From positions 2,468,935 to 2,492,934 of the forward strand of contig NZ_CP096115.1 of assembly GCF_024662215.1 (NCBI RefSeq): a stretch of 24,000 nucleotides of DNA, in the 5' to 3' direction. Positions 7,550 to 16,195 of the stretch are shown here, piece by piece. The DNA is from Methanoplanus endosymbiosus (GTDB taxonomy: Archaea; Halobacteriota; Methanomicrobia; Methanomicrobiales; Methanomicrobiaceae). How positions within the stretch are numbered: the stretch's first letter is position 1; the number at the start of each line of letters is the position of its first letter. A model generated the notes under the pieces. It saw only the letters and a program-made list of their open reading frames with translations. It was not told where the DNA came from and ran no database searches. A program made the translations under genes and the position numbers.

Positions 7550-8224
7550 TCAGAGTTTCTCTGTAATCTCTCTGACTGTCTTTTCTATCCTCTCTTTTCC
7601 GGCCTTTGACCTCTCCAGTATAGCCTCATAGCTGAGTTCTTCATGGCAGAGGCCGTTGCAGTAGTTGTCAACCGAACAGAGGGCTGCAAATGGGATCTTC
7701 AGCTCGTTTGCAATGGTTGCCTCGCTTGCAACTGTCATCCCGACGATATCTCCCACACTCTTCAGTGTTCTTATCTCGGCATGGGTCTCAAATCTCGGCC
7801 CGGCTGTCTGGACATATGTGCCGCCCATAACCGCATCCGGAATTATCTCATGCAGTCTGCACCTCATATCCAGATCCAGCGAGGTTGCCGCATGGCCGAT
7901 ACTGTTGTTAAATATTGTCGGGATGTCTGCATAGCTGAAGTAGTCGTCCGGAATTACAAACATTCCGGGTGCGATTTCATTTTTTAGTGAGCCTGTTGAG
8001 CCTATTGAGAGTATTCTGTCAACCCCGCACAGTTTCATGGCCGATATTGTTGCGGCAAAGTTGATTCTGTGCGGCGGGGTGCTGAACTGATGTCTCATCA
8101 GGAGGGCAATATCGCCGAGATATACTTCGGCCGGGCCGAATGGTGTGCACACCGTTTTTTTCTTTAGGTTGGGAATGTCTGCATAGAGAAGACTTGTTCC
8201 GCCGATTATTCCAAGCATTGGCAT
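7550..8224 (-). CDS. MTAP-family purine nucleoside phosphorylase (probable methylthioinosine/6-oxopurine nucleoside phosphorylase)
   Basis: 224 aa. Motifs are MLGIIGGTSL, RHQFSTPPHRINFAA, SIGSTGSL, GPRFETHAEI and VGMTVASEATIANE, all characteristic of the MTAP/PNP family. It lies directly upstream of the deaminase on the same strand. Confidence 0.75.
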   Translation of the reverse strand: MPMLGIIGGTSLLYADIPNLKKKTVCTPFGPAEVYLGDIALLMRHQFSTPPHRINFAATISAMKLCGVDRILSIGSTGSLKNEIAPGMFVIPDDYFSYADIPTIFNNSIGHAATSLDLDMRCRLHEIIPDAVMGGTYVQTAGPRFETHAEIRTLKSVGDIVGMTVASEATIANELKIPFAALCSVDNYCNGLCHEELSYEAILERSKAGKERIEKTVREITEKL

Positions 8225-8435
8225 TTATCCTGTAAATTATAATATTGATCTGAACTGCTCTCTGTTCCGTGAATCTCTGTTATTTTATATCTGATTCACA
8301 GTTCAGTAATTCTCTGATATATTTGTCTGTCTCTCTTTTTATGCCTTTATTCTCTACTGACTTTTGAAAGTCTGTGGGTTTTTGTTGCAGAATCTGACAG
8401 AAGATTTAATCTGTAATCTGGTTGAATCTCTTTTT

Positions 8436-9554
8436 ATGGGAATATTTCAGATTGTCGGTGAAGAAGAGATTAAGTCGGGGCAGTCCACTGATATATATTT
8501 TATACGTACTGAGGATATTTTAACGATTGAGGACAAAAATCCGGCCGTAACTGTTGAGATAACAGCTTCTTCACTCTGTAATGACTGGGGTGTTTTCTGC
8601 GGCTTAAATGATGCCTTAAAACTTCTTGAGGGACTGGATGTTGATGTATATGCCATTCCGGAAGGCAGTGTCTTCTATCCCGGTGAGCCTGTAATGAGGA
8701 TTTCAGGAAATTACAGGGATTTTGCCCGTTATGAAACCGCTCTTCTCGGCATGATCTGCCATGCTTCCGGTGTTGCATCGTCCGCTGCCCTGATCAGAAT
8801 ATGTGCCGGCGATGTTCCGGTGTACTCCTTTGGCTCACGAAGGCAGCACCCGGCCATTGCCGGAATGATTGAACGGTCCGCATGGGTGGGTGGTGTTGAA
8901 GGTGTGAGCAATACCTCGGCCCCTGCGGGAATTCCGCTTGCAGGGACTATGCCCCATGCCTATGTGATGTGCTTTGACAAACCTGCTGATGCCTGGAATG
9001 CCTTTATGCGGCACGCTCCGCCTGAGGTTTCAAGGACAATGCTCTGTGATACTTTCTGTGATGAGAAGAGGGAGGCGCTTTCAGCGGCGAGGGCCGGTGC
9101 AGCATCTGTCCGTCTTGATACACCGAGGTCAAGGAAAGGGGATATGAGGAGTATCATTGAGGAAGTCAGGTGGGAGCTTGATGTGAATGGTTTTAAGGAT
9201 GTCGGGATCTTTCTCTCCGGAGGTCTGACTGCTGAGGATGTTTTAGAATACCGTGATATCGTGGACTCCTTTGGTGTAGGCGGTGCGATTGCCAATGCTC
9301 CTGTCGTTGATTTCTCACTGGATATTATTGAAACAGAGGGAGTTCCGGTATCAAAAAGAGGTAAGAAGAGCGGTGTGAAGGAGATATATGAGTTTGAGGA
9401 TGGCGTACATCTTCTCCTTCCTGCGGGAGATGCCCCTCCTGAAGGTGCAAAAGCCATGCTGAAAAATTTTATCCGGAAAGGTCAGATACTCTCGCTTCCG
9501 GATATGAACAAGTCAAGGGCAAGGCTTCTTACATATCTTGAGAAGTCTGCCTGA
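8436..9554 (+). CDS. pncB: Nicotinate phosphoribosyltransferase (archaeal type II PRTase)
   Basis: Motifs are TDIYFIRT, AIPEGSVFYPGEPVMRI, FGSRRQHPAIAGMIERSAWVGGVEGVS and GTMPHAYV. The start is set at the first ATG (8436). The track ORF starts at an upstream TTG (8364), which adds an atypical leader. Confidence 0.8.
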   Translation: MGIFQIVGEEEIKSGQSTDIYFIRTEDILTIEDKNPAVTVEITASSLCNDWGVFCGLNDALKLLEGLDVDVYAIPEGSVFYPGEPVMRISGNYRDFARYETALLGMICHASGVASSAALIRICAGDVPVYSFGSRRQHPAIAGMIERSAWVGGVEGVSNTSAPAGIPLAGTMPHAYVMCFDKPADAWNAFMRHAPPEVSRTMLCDTFCDEKREALSAARAGAASVRLDTPRSRKGDMRSIIEEVRWELDVNGFKDVGIFLSGGLTAEDVLEYRDIVDSFGVGGAIANAPVVDFSLDIIETEGVPVSKRGKKSGVKEIYEFEDGVHLLLPAGDAPPEGAKAMLKNFIRKGQILSLPDMNKSRARLLTYLEKSA

Positions 9555-9634
9555 TTTTTATCACATATTTTTCATTCCCTGAATTGGGGATATTAACATA
9601 TATTTTGAGATTAAATCTATTTTCAGGTGAGAAA

Positions 9635-10351
9635 ATGGACTATAAAATAATCGGAGACAATCTACAGTTTGTAAACCTTGCAATAAATCCCGGTGAGCTG
9701 ATCTACGCCGAGGCCGGCGCAATGGTCTATATGAGCGGCAATATCAATATGGAATCAAAGCTTCAGGGCGGACTTTTTACCGGGCTTAAGAGAAAGCTTG
9801 CCGGTGAGTCCTTCATGGTCTCGCATTTCACAAGCGCAGGCGGCCCCGGCAATGTGGCATTCGGGGGTAACTGTCCGGGTAAGATTATCACCCGCGATAT
9901 GGCTGACGGCGATCTAATAGTTCAGAAGGACGCTTTCCTGTGTGCGGAAGAGGACGTAAAATGGGAGATTGCACTCCAGAAGAAGCTTGGTTCTACATTC
10001 TTCGGCGGAGAGGGTCTCATTCTTGAGCACCTCTCCGGCAGCGGTCTTGTATTCTGCCATGCAGCAGGAGACATTGTTGAAGTTGACCTTCAGGCTGGAC
10101 AGGTGTATAAAGTCTCAACTGCACACGTGGTCGGATGGGAGCCTTCAGTTCAGTATGATATTCAGGCGGCAGGTGGTGTGAAGACTGCACTCTTTGGCGG
10201 AGAAGGGTTCTTTGTTACAACGCTTACAGGTCCTGGAAAGGTTTATATCCAGTCGATGACACTGCCGCAGCTTGCAAGTGCGCTGAATCCGTTTATGCCG
10301 CAGACCAGCAGTTCTTCGGGCGACAGCGGCGGATTTGGATTTAATATCTAA
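9635..10351 (+). CDS. TIGR00266 / AIM24 (DUF124) family protein
   Basis: MDYKIIGDNLQFVNLAINPGELIYAEAGAMVYMSGNI...GEGLILEHLSGSGLVF...GEGFFVTTLTGPGKVYIQS is the typical repeat pattern of this family. The ATG at 9635 is preceded by GGTGA. The track ORF starts earlier at 9584. Confidence 0.75.
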   Translation: MDYKIIGDNLQFVNLAINPGELIYAEAGAMVYMSGNINMESKLQGGLFTGLKRKLAGESFMVSHFTSAGGPGNVAFGGNCPGKIITRDMADGDLIVQKDAFLCAEEDVKWEIALQKKLGSTFFGGEGLILEHLSGSGLVFCHAAGDIVEVDLQAGQVYKVSTAHVVGWEPSVQYDIQAAGGVKTALFGGEGFFVTTLTGPGKVYIQSMTLPQLASALNPFMPQTSSSSGDSGGFGFNI

Positions 10352-10357
10352 GAGGTT

Positions 10358-10645
10358 ATGTCTATGGAGAGCAATACCAGAGCTTCAAGGGCAGGAGGAA
10401 TACTCCTCATTGCTGTTCTGGTGATTCTGGCTCTTCTTTTCGTCCTTTATTTCCTTGAATTCATACTCTTAGGGGCATTTATTGCATTGGTTGTGGTCCT
10501 GTTAATTACGATTGCTGCGTGTTTCCTCACCGGAATTATAGCTATTCCGATGTATATCATGAAAGACACAACAACCAAAGCCGGAGACTACAGTATGGAT
10601 TCAGTTAAGTCTGTTGAGGGCGAGAAGAAGAGAAAAGAGGAATAA
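10358..10645 (+). CDS. Small membrane protein (two predicted TM helices, charged C-terminal tail)
   Basis: 95 aa. It starts 6 nt after the AIM24-like stop. The hydrophobic stretches are ILLIAVLVILALLFVLYFLEFILLGAFIALVVVLLITIAACFLTGIIAIPMYI. I recognise no family. Confidence 0.55.
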   Translation: MSMESNTRASRAGGILLIAVLVILALLFVLYFLEFILLGAFIALVVVLLITIAACFLTGIIAIPMYIMKDTTTKAGDYSMDSVKSVEGEKKRKEE

Positions 10646-10649
10646 AATC

Positions 10650-10659
10650 TTTTTTTTTT
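10650..10659 (+). terminator. T10 run downstream of the AIM24-like / small membrane protein pair
   Basis: An uninterrupted T10 tract begins 5 nt after the stop codon at 10643-10645. Confidence 0.45.
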
Positions 10660-10731
10660 AATATTTTTCCCGGAATATCCTGCATTTTTCAGGTCGGGAG
10701 TTATTGCCGGAAGAATGCTTACTTTCAGCCT

Positions 10732-11238
10732 TTACCTTGTAAAATTGCCTGTTACCCAGCGTATATCTGCTCCTTCAATGATGGCTCCTGTGAGGTCGGC
10801 ATTGTCAAGCTCTGCGCCCCGGAGATCTGCATATCTTAAGTCGGCATCCTGAAGGTTTGCTCCTTTAAGGTTCGCATAATCAAATTTAACACCTATAAGA
10901 TCTGTATTTGAGAGGTCTGCCCCTGAAAAGTCTGCAAGTGTAAATCTTGCACCGTGCAGGTCAGCATTTCTGAGGTCGGCTCCGGTGAAGACTGCTTTAT
11001 ACCCGGCAGCGTTTGAGAGGTCGGCACCCTCCATCATAGTGCCGGAATAATCAAGATATGACAGTTCCTTTGGAGTATTTTCGTTATTATTCACAACTGT
11101 ACTGCCGGAGACCTGGTATATGGGTGACTGATCCTGTGCATCAATAAACGAGGTATAAAGGACGATATTGCCAATTGCAGATACTGCAAGAAGGGCAACT
11201 GCAATTATGAGTAACTTAAACAGGCTTTTTTCTTCCAT
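10732..11238 (-). CDS. Pentapeptide-repeat protein with N-terminal membrane anchor
   Basis: 168 aa. The N-terminal helix is LFKLLIIAVALLAVSAIGNIVLY. It is followed by consecutive A(D/N)LXX repeats (ADLSNAAGYKAVFTGADLRNADLHGARFTLADFSGADLSNTDLIGVKFDYANLKGANLQDADLRYADLRGAELDNADLTGA). Confidence 0.85.
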   Translation of the reverse strand: MEEKSLFKLLIIAVALLAVSAIGNIVLYTSFIDAQDQSPIYQVSGSTVVNNNENTPKELSYLDYSGTMMEGADLSNAAGYKAVFTGADLRNADLHGARFTLADFSGADLSNTDLIGVKFDYANLKGANLQDADLRYADLRGAELDNADLTGAIIEGADIRWVTGNFTR

Positions 11239-11318
11239 GCTTCCTCCTTATTCATATCATTAGATTACTTTGACAATTTATTTATTTTGTGGAAGCTATT
11301 CTGATTATCAGGGATATT

Positions 11319-13085
11319 ATGGGATGTTCACAGGAGAGCCGGCTTGAGGGGCTGTCACGCCTCATTGTCACACCGCAGGACTGGAAGAAGTCTGTATTGT
11401 TCATTATACTTGCCGGAATCTGCATTGATCTGCTCGGATATGCCGGTATATTCACAATGAAGAGTGAGAATTTTGTCCTGCCCTTCTTTGGCATAGCATG
11501 CTTCACTCTGCCGGGAATCTTCTCGGTTTTCATGACCAATTTTCTGCTCTCATCATATGGCAGAAAGATAAGCCGTAACTGGTCTGCCCTTATCTCTGCT
11601 GCCTGCGTCGGTGTGAGCATTATATTCTCCTTTCTTCCGCTTACAATATTCTGGGATGATCTTGAATTTTTCTTTGCGATATCAATCGCCGCTGTATTTT
11701 CCCTAAGAATAATTGCCCTTCTTGTCCTTGCCGACAGCAGGTTCTCCCATGTATTCTTCCCGGCATTTTCACAGAGCCTCTTTGCCGGATTTATGGGCAC
11801 AATATTCTTTCCGGATGAGTTCTTCGCCTTTACATTTCTGCTTCAGTTATTCTTCGGCGGCGGTATGTTTCTCATCGTCTGGCTCATTGAAAGGCCGCTT
11901 AAGATGAGTTTTGGTGTGAGTGCCCTTGGAATGGCAAATGCCTTTATGGCGCATGTGAATGACGGTTCTAAGGCTCTTGATGCGATATTTTCAGAGCTTG
12001 GCGAGGAGGTTTTTGTCCCGCAGGTGACACTGTTCTTTAAAAGGGAGGGCAGGGATGAGATTATCTTTACAGTGCCCAATGTCCATCCCGGCCCTCTGGG
12101 TGAGATCGGTGGCAGTAATCTCCCGTTTATTCTGAATGGTCTTCTTGGAAAAAATACTGTTGTACCGCATGGTGCTGCCACACATGACTTCAATCCTGTA
12201 TCCTCTGATGAGATATCAAAGATTGCTGATGCGGTTGAAGATACCAGAAAGGATCTTGTATTTTCCGGAAAGGCAAGCCGCATGGTTCATTTTGATGAAA
12301 AGCCTGTCCATGCAACTGCACAGGTTTTTGGCGACTCACTCCTGATTATTGCCTCCCGCTCTCCTGAGATAACTGATGATCTCGACTTCTCAGTCGGCCT
12401 TGCCATTATGGAGGGCGGGCGGAGATATTTTAGGAATACTGCCTTTGTTGACGGGCATAACAGTATGAAAGATATTGCTCCGGCAGTTCATTCCGGTTCA
12501 AAAAAGGCCATTGAGTATATGCGTACTGCGGAAGTGGCTGCCGGAAGTATGCACGGGATGGATACTTTCAGCTTTGAGACCGGAATTTTCGCTGTTAAAC
12601 TTCCGTTCGGGCGTGAGCGTGGATTTGGTGATCTCGGTATTCAGGCATTTGCAGTCCGTGCGGGTGGGAAAATCTCTGTTTATCTCATCTTTGACGGGAA
12701 TAATATGGTGAGCGGGCTTAGGGAGAGGATAATTGACCTTGTTGTCAGTGAGACTGATGCTGATGCCTGTGAGGTTATGACGACTGATACCCATGTTGTC
12801 AATATTGTCTCCGGAAAAAATCCCGTTGGCGGTGCTGTGCCTTTTGAAGACTTTTCAGAGTATATTCTTGCTGCTGTAAGGGGAGCGACAGCTGATCTTG
12901 CGCCGTCAGAGGTTGCCGGTTCGACTGCATGGTGTGACGGGATAAAGGTGTTTGGTTCGCATAAGATCTCTCAGCTTGCAAGTTCGGCAGGAGCTATGAT
13001 AGGTCTTTTAATTCCGGTTGCTGTGATTATTCTTATCCTCTCACTGCTGACCACGGTTCTTGTCTATATGGTCCTGCTGATCTGA
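11319..13085 (+). CDS. Large polytopic membrane protein, probably DUF2070 family (archaeal, function unknown)
   Basis: The ORF is 598 aa from a GTG at 11289, with the first ATG at 11319. It has an N-terminal ~210 aa with multiple TM helices, a central ~330-aa soluble region (FTVPNVHPGPLGEIGGSNLPF...VPHGAATHDFNP) and a C-terminal TM helix (MIGLLIPVAVIILILSLLTTVLVYMVLLI). The family assignment is from memory of that architecture, not from a search. Confidence 0.7.
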   Translation: MGCSQESRLEGLSRLIVTPQDWKKSVLFIILAGICIDLLGYAGIFTMKSENFVLPFFGIACFTLPGIFSVFMTNFLLSSYGRKISRNWSALISAACVGVSIIFSFLPLTIFWDDLEFFFAISIAAVFSLRIIALLVLADSRFSHVFFPAFSQSLFAGFMGTIFFPDEFFAFTFLLQLFFGGGMFLIVWLIERPLKMSFGVSALGMANAFMAHVNDGSKALDAIFSELGEEVFVPQVTLFFKREGRDEIIFTVPNVHPGPLGEIGGSNLPFILNGLLGKNTVVPHGAATHDFNPVSSDEISKIADAVEDTRKDLVFSGKASRMVHFDEKPVHATAQVFGDSLLIIASRSPEITDDLDFSVGLAIMEGGRRYFRNTAFVDGHNSMKDIAPAVHSGSKKAIEYMRTAEVAAGSMHGMDTFSFETGIFAVKLPFGRERGFGDLGIQAFAVRAGGKISVYLIFDGNNMVSGLRERIIDLVVSETDADACEVMTTDTHVVNIVSGKNPVGGAVPFEDFSEYILAAVRGATADLAPSEVAGSTAWCDGIKVFGSHKISQLASSAGAMIGLLIPVAVIILILSLLTTVLVYMVLLI

Positions 13086-13158
13086 ATAATTCCGGTTTAC
13101 ACCGGAAATGTGGATAATTATAATCTTATGGCTGTCTGAAAAAAAGGGAATGGGTTTT

Positions 13159-14265
13159 TCACTTAAATACGAGCATTGTTGATGTCTGGTTTATATGACC
13201 GATATACTCCTCGCCATATGTGCTGAATCCGATGGCGGGGATGCCTTCAAATATTCTGGCATACTCTTCTGTCTGGTTTTTGGATTCAAGTTCAAGGGTT
13301 CTTAAGATACAGTGAAAGTTAATCAGGCCCGATATCTCTTTCAGTTCTGAGAGCCTGGCATTGACATCCTCTTTTGTGCTCTGTACGATGTCATCTGATT
13401 CAAGGATGTTAAGTTCCATTCCCTCAATGATATTGCAGTAGAATTTTACTGCACTGCCAGCAATCTGCTGAGGACTTCTGACAAATATGTCATCATCCGT
13501 AATTACGCCAAGAGGGTGCTTCATGAAATATTCCGGCAGTTTTTCAGCATCTGTGCCAAGCTGTGCAGCGTACTCTTCAGCGGCAGGTTTTCCGTTGAAT
13601 TCAATGACTGTTCTGTTCTCCTCATCTACCTTTGTGGCAGTCATCTTTTTGTCAAGTGCAGTGAAGCTCTGGGTTTTTATGATCTCAAATCCGTTTGCAG
13701 GTTTTATTACTGCCAGCAGGACTGCATCTGTATATGCCTCTTTGTCTGCAAAGAGGTAAGTTTTCTCAAATTTAAGGTCATCTCCGGCAGATCCGCCTAT
13801 GAATGTTATATTTGTGAGGTCCCCTATTTTGTCCATGACCTTCTCTTCTGAATTCGATAGGCCGTCAGCGAGAATGATGCCGACGTAATCCTCAAATTCG
13901 AGTTCTGACATGGGTTTTTTGAAATGCCGGGCGAAGGACTCAAACGCTTTTTCAGTGTTCTGTGTGTCGCCCGGATTTTTTACTATCTCAAGGGCGATGT
14001 CTGAGATCATTCCTTCCGGAAATGCCATTGCAACGATGGAATTTCTCAGCATTTTTCCACTTATTATCTCTCCTGATGTTGTGCATCCGATGACGGATGC
14101 ATCCGGAAATTTCTCCTTCATCGCTCTGGCGGTCTCTTCCGCCGGGTAGGCTGATGATGAGAAGAAAATCACCATCTTTGGGTTTATTCCTGAAAAAATC
14201 CCCCTTATTTCCTCAGCTGCATCATTAATATCTGGTTTTTCCGAGTATGCTGTTGACGTTTTCAT
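13159..14265 (-). CDS. FIST-domain protein (FIST_N + FIST_C, no output domain)
   Basis: 368 aa. The pattern PKMVIFFSSSAYPAEE...FPDASVIGCTTSGEIISG...FIGGSAGDDL...GFSTYGE matches the FIST sensory-domain architecture. Confidence 0.75.
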   Translation of the reverse strand: MKTSTAYSEKPDINDAAEEIRGIFSGINPKMVIFFSSSAYPAEETARAMKEKFPDASVIGCTTSGEIISGKMLRNSIVAMAFPEGMISDIALEIVKNPGDTQNTEKAFESFARHFKKPMSELEFEDYVGIILADGLSNSEEKVMDKIGDLTNITFIGGSAGDDLKFEKTYLFADKEAYTDAVLLAVIKPANGFEIIKTQSFTALDKKMTATKVDEENRTVIEFNGKPAAEEYAAQLGTDAEKLPEYFMKHPLGVITDDDIFVRSPQQIAGSAVKFYCNIIEGMELNILESDDIVQSTKEDVNARLSELKEISGLINFHCILRTLELESKNQTEEYARIFEGIPAIGFSTYGEEYIGHINQTSTMLVFK

Positions 14266-14275
14266 GATTATTCCC

Positions 14276-14476
14276 TTATAATTTAATTCCCATCTCTTTT
14301 GCTACAGATTTTACTTTATCAATGACTTCAGGGTCATCTTCTGACTGGCTGTCATACTTTTTTGGGTTTATTCCCTTAAGAAGCAGTTTTGTTCTCGTTG
14401 TGTTGGCGAGTGTGGGATTGCCACCTGATTTTAACTCAACAACTTTGTCAATGAGTTCGATTATTTTTCCGGTCAT
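14276..14476 (-). CDS. Small hypothetical protein (66 aa) co-oriented with the FIST gene
   Basis: The ORF ends 10 nt upstream of the FIST start. It has hydrophilic, plausible globular composition (MTGKIIELIDKVVELKSGGNPTLANTTRTKLLLKGINPKKY...). I recognise no family. Confidence 0.5.
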   Translation of the reverse strand: MTGKIIELIDKVVELKSGGNPTLANTTRTKLLLKGINPKKYDSQSEDDPEVIDKVKSVAKEMGIKL

Positions 14477-14980
14477 AATCTACCTTATTTTAAGGTGAGG
14501 ATAATACTATTTATGTGTGACCTTTTCTGATTTGGATGCTTTATGTCTGTTATGTGGTCTTAAATTCAGAAAATATTGCTGTTTGGGGCTGTATTTTGTT
14601 GGTTTTTTATTGTTGGATGATCCATATTGTAAATAGTTATGGGTTTATCTTACTGTTTTGTCAGCACATTTCGTCTGCCTTGCTGTTTTTTATAATCTGT
14701 CTGATATTTCACCCGTATGTCCGGGCTGTTTGCCTGATTCAATGCCGGTTTATCCGGTAATTTTGTTATGCAATGGGTCGCAGCAGTGCCCTGCGACAAA
14801 AAAAGGAATGTATTTGTGTGGTCTATTGTATGTGGAATTTTATTTTAAAAATTTAGCGTAAATCCCCTTGGTCTTTAGCCAAGGGGATGTAAGCGACATC
14901 ATCTTTGTTCTCATATATATATTTCGTAATTGTAGTTTTACCAGAAAATATATGGGGGGTTGAAATCAAACCAAATCTAT

Positions 14981-16093
14981 ATGTTGAGAGCCTACAAATA
15001 CCGAATCTATCCTAACAAAGAACAGGAGAAAATGTTCTTTCAGCATTTCGGTGCCTGTAGGTTTATCTACAATTGGGGTCTGGAAAATAAAATCCGAACT
15101 TATGAAACAGATGGAAAATCAATATCGAGATTTGCATTACAAAAAATGCTGCCTGATTTGAAATCAGAGCATGATTGGATGAAAGATGTTAATTCGCAAT
15201 CAATACAGGGTGCATTGTTAAATCTTGAGAATGCATTTACTCGTTTCTTCCGGGAAAAGAAAGGATTTCCAAAATTCAAATCCCGAAAAAATCCAGTGCA
15301 GTCATTTTCAGTTCCACAACACTACATTGTGAATTTTGATACCCATAAAATTAAATTACCTAAAATTGGATGGGTTAAAGCAAAATTACACAGGAAATAT
15401 GAAGGAGTTGAAAAAACTGCAACAGTGTCAGTCACCTCAACGGGCAAATTTTTCATTAGTATTCTGATAGATGATGGACAGGAGCAACATCCTGCACAAT
15501 GTTTTGATGTAAATACAACCATGGGTGTTGATGTAGGTATCAAAGATTTTGCAATACTTTCCAATGGGGAAAAGATTGACAATCCCCGATATTTGAAACA
15601 GTCAATTCTCCGAATGAAAGTGTTGCAAAAACGATTGAGTAGAAAACAAAAAGGTTCTAACAACAGAAATAAAGCAAAAAATGCAGTAGCAAAAATTCAT
15701 GAAAAAATTCACAATCAAAGAAGCGATTTCCAGCACAAACTCTCTTTTAGATTAGTATGCGAGAACCAGGCAATTGCACTGGAAACTTTGAATGTTGAAG
15801 GGATGCTAAAAAATCATAAACTGGCACAACATATTGCTGATGCATCATGGAGTTCATTTGTTACTCAATTGGAATATAAAGCACAAAAACAAGGTAAAAC
15901 TATCTTACGGATTGGACAATTTGAACCATCTACAAAAATCTGTAGTGAATGTGGATATTACAACCGTGACTTGACTTTATCTGATAGAGACTGGATTTGT
16001 CCAGACTGTGGGATACATCATGACCGGGATATTAATGCCGCAATAAATATCAGGAAATTTGCTTTAGATAGACAGAATCTAATTGGAATATAA
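14981..16093 (+). CDS. tnpB: TnpB (OrfB) RNA-guided endonuclease / IS605-family accessory protein
   Basis: The N-terminus MLRAYKYRIYPNKEQEKMFFQHFGACRFIYNWGLE is classic for TnpB. RuvC motifs are GVDVGIKDFA (D), ALETLNVEGM (E) and HDRDINAAINI (D). The zinc finger is CSECGYYN...CPDCG. The start is set at the ATG at 14981; the track ORF begins at a TTG at 14960. Confidence 0.92.
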   Translation: MLRAYKYRIYPNKEQEKMFFQHFGACRFIYNWGLENKIRTYETDGKSISRFALQKMLPDLKSEHDWMKDVNSQSIQGALLNLENAFTRFFREKKGFPKFKSRKNPVQSFSVPQHYIVNFDTHKIKLPKIGWVKAKLHRKYEGVEKTATVSVTSTGKFFISILIDDGQEQHPAQCFDVNTTMGVDVGIKDFAILSNGEKIDNPRYLKQSILRMKVLQKRLSRKQKGSNNRNKAKNAVAKIHEKIHNQRSDFQHKLSFRLVCENQAIALETLNVEGMLKNHKLAQHIADASWSSFVTQLEYKAQKQGKTILRIGQFEPSTKICSECGYYNRDLTLSDRDWICPDCGIHHDRDINAAINIRKFALDRQNLIGI

Positions 16094-16195
16094 TATCTTT
16101 GCACCCTTGGAACGAGGGGAAGGGCCTGTGGACTTACGAACAATGGTTCGGGGTATGAAGCAGGAAGCCTCTGGGTCTTTAGCCCAGAGGTAGTT
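16000..16195 (+). ncRNA. Putative TnpB omega/reRNA scaffold (tnpB 3' end through the RE hairpin)
   Basis: The call rests on position only. In characterised TnpB systems the guide RNA scaffold covers the tnpB 3' end and the RE. The structured segment GCACCCTTGGAACGAGGGGAAGGGCC...CCTCTGGGTCTTTAGCCCAGAGG lies here. The boundaries were not determined. Confidence 0.35.

Noticed and set aside
8960-9457. 165-aa minus-strand ORF inside the NAPRT gene
   Set aside because: It is a Ser/Pro/Ala/Thr-rich low-complexity shadow frame of a gene with clear family motifs on the plus strand.
11282-11800. 172-aa minus-strand ORF
   Set aside because: It is fully antisense to the N-terminal membrane domain of the 598-aa gene. 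Its Arg/Ser/Ile-rich composition is typical of a shadow ORF, whereas the plus-strand frame gives coherent TM helices.
14536-14861. Two overlapping plus-strand ORFs (74 and 67 aa) in the ~400-bp spacer between the FIST operon and the IS left end
   Set aside because: Their composition is Cys/Phe/Leu/Ile-rich. They have no ribosome-binding context and overlap each other in different frames. The region looks like T/G-rich non-coding DNA. I found no convincing repeat or RNA structure apart from one hairpin (GTCGCAG-N7-CTGCGAC, 14776-14798) of unclear meaning.
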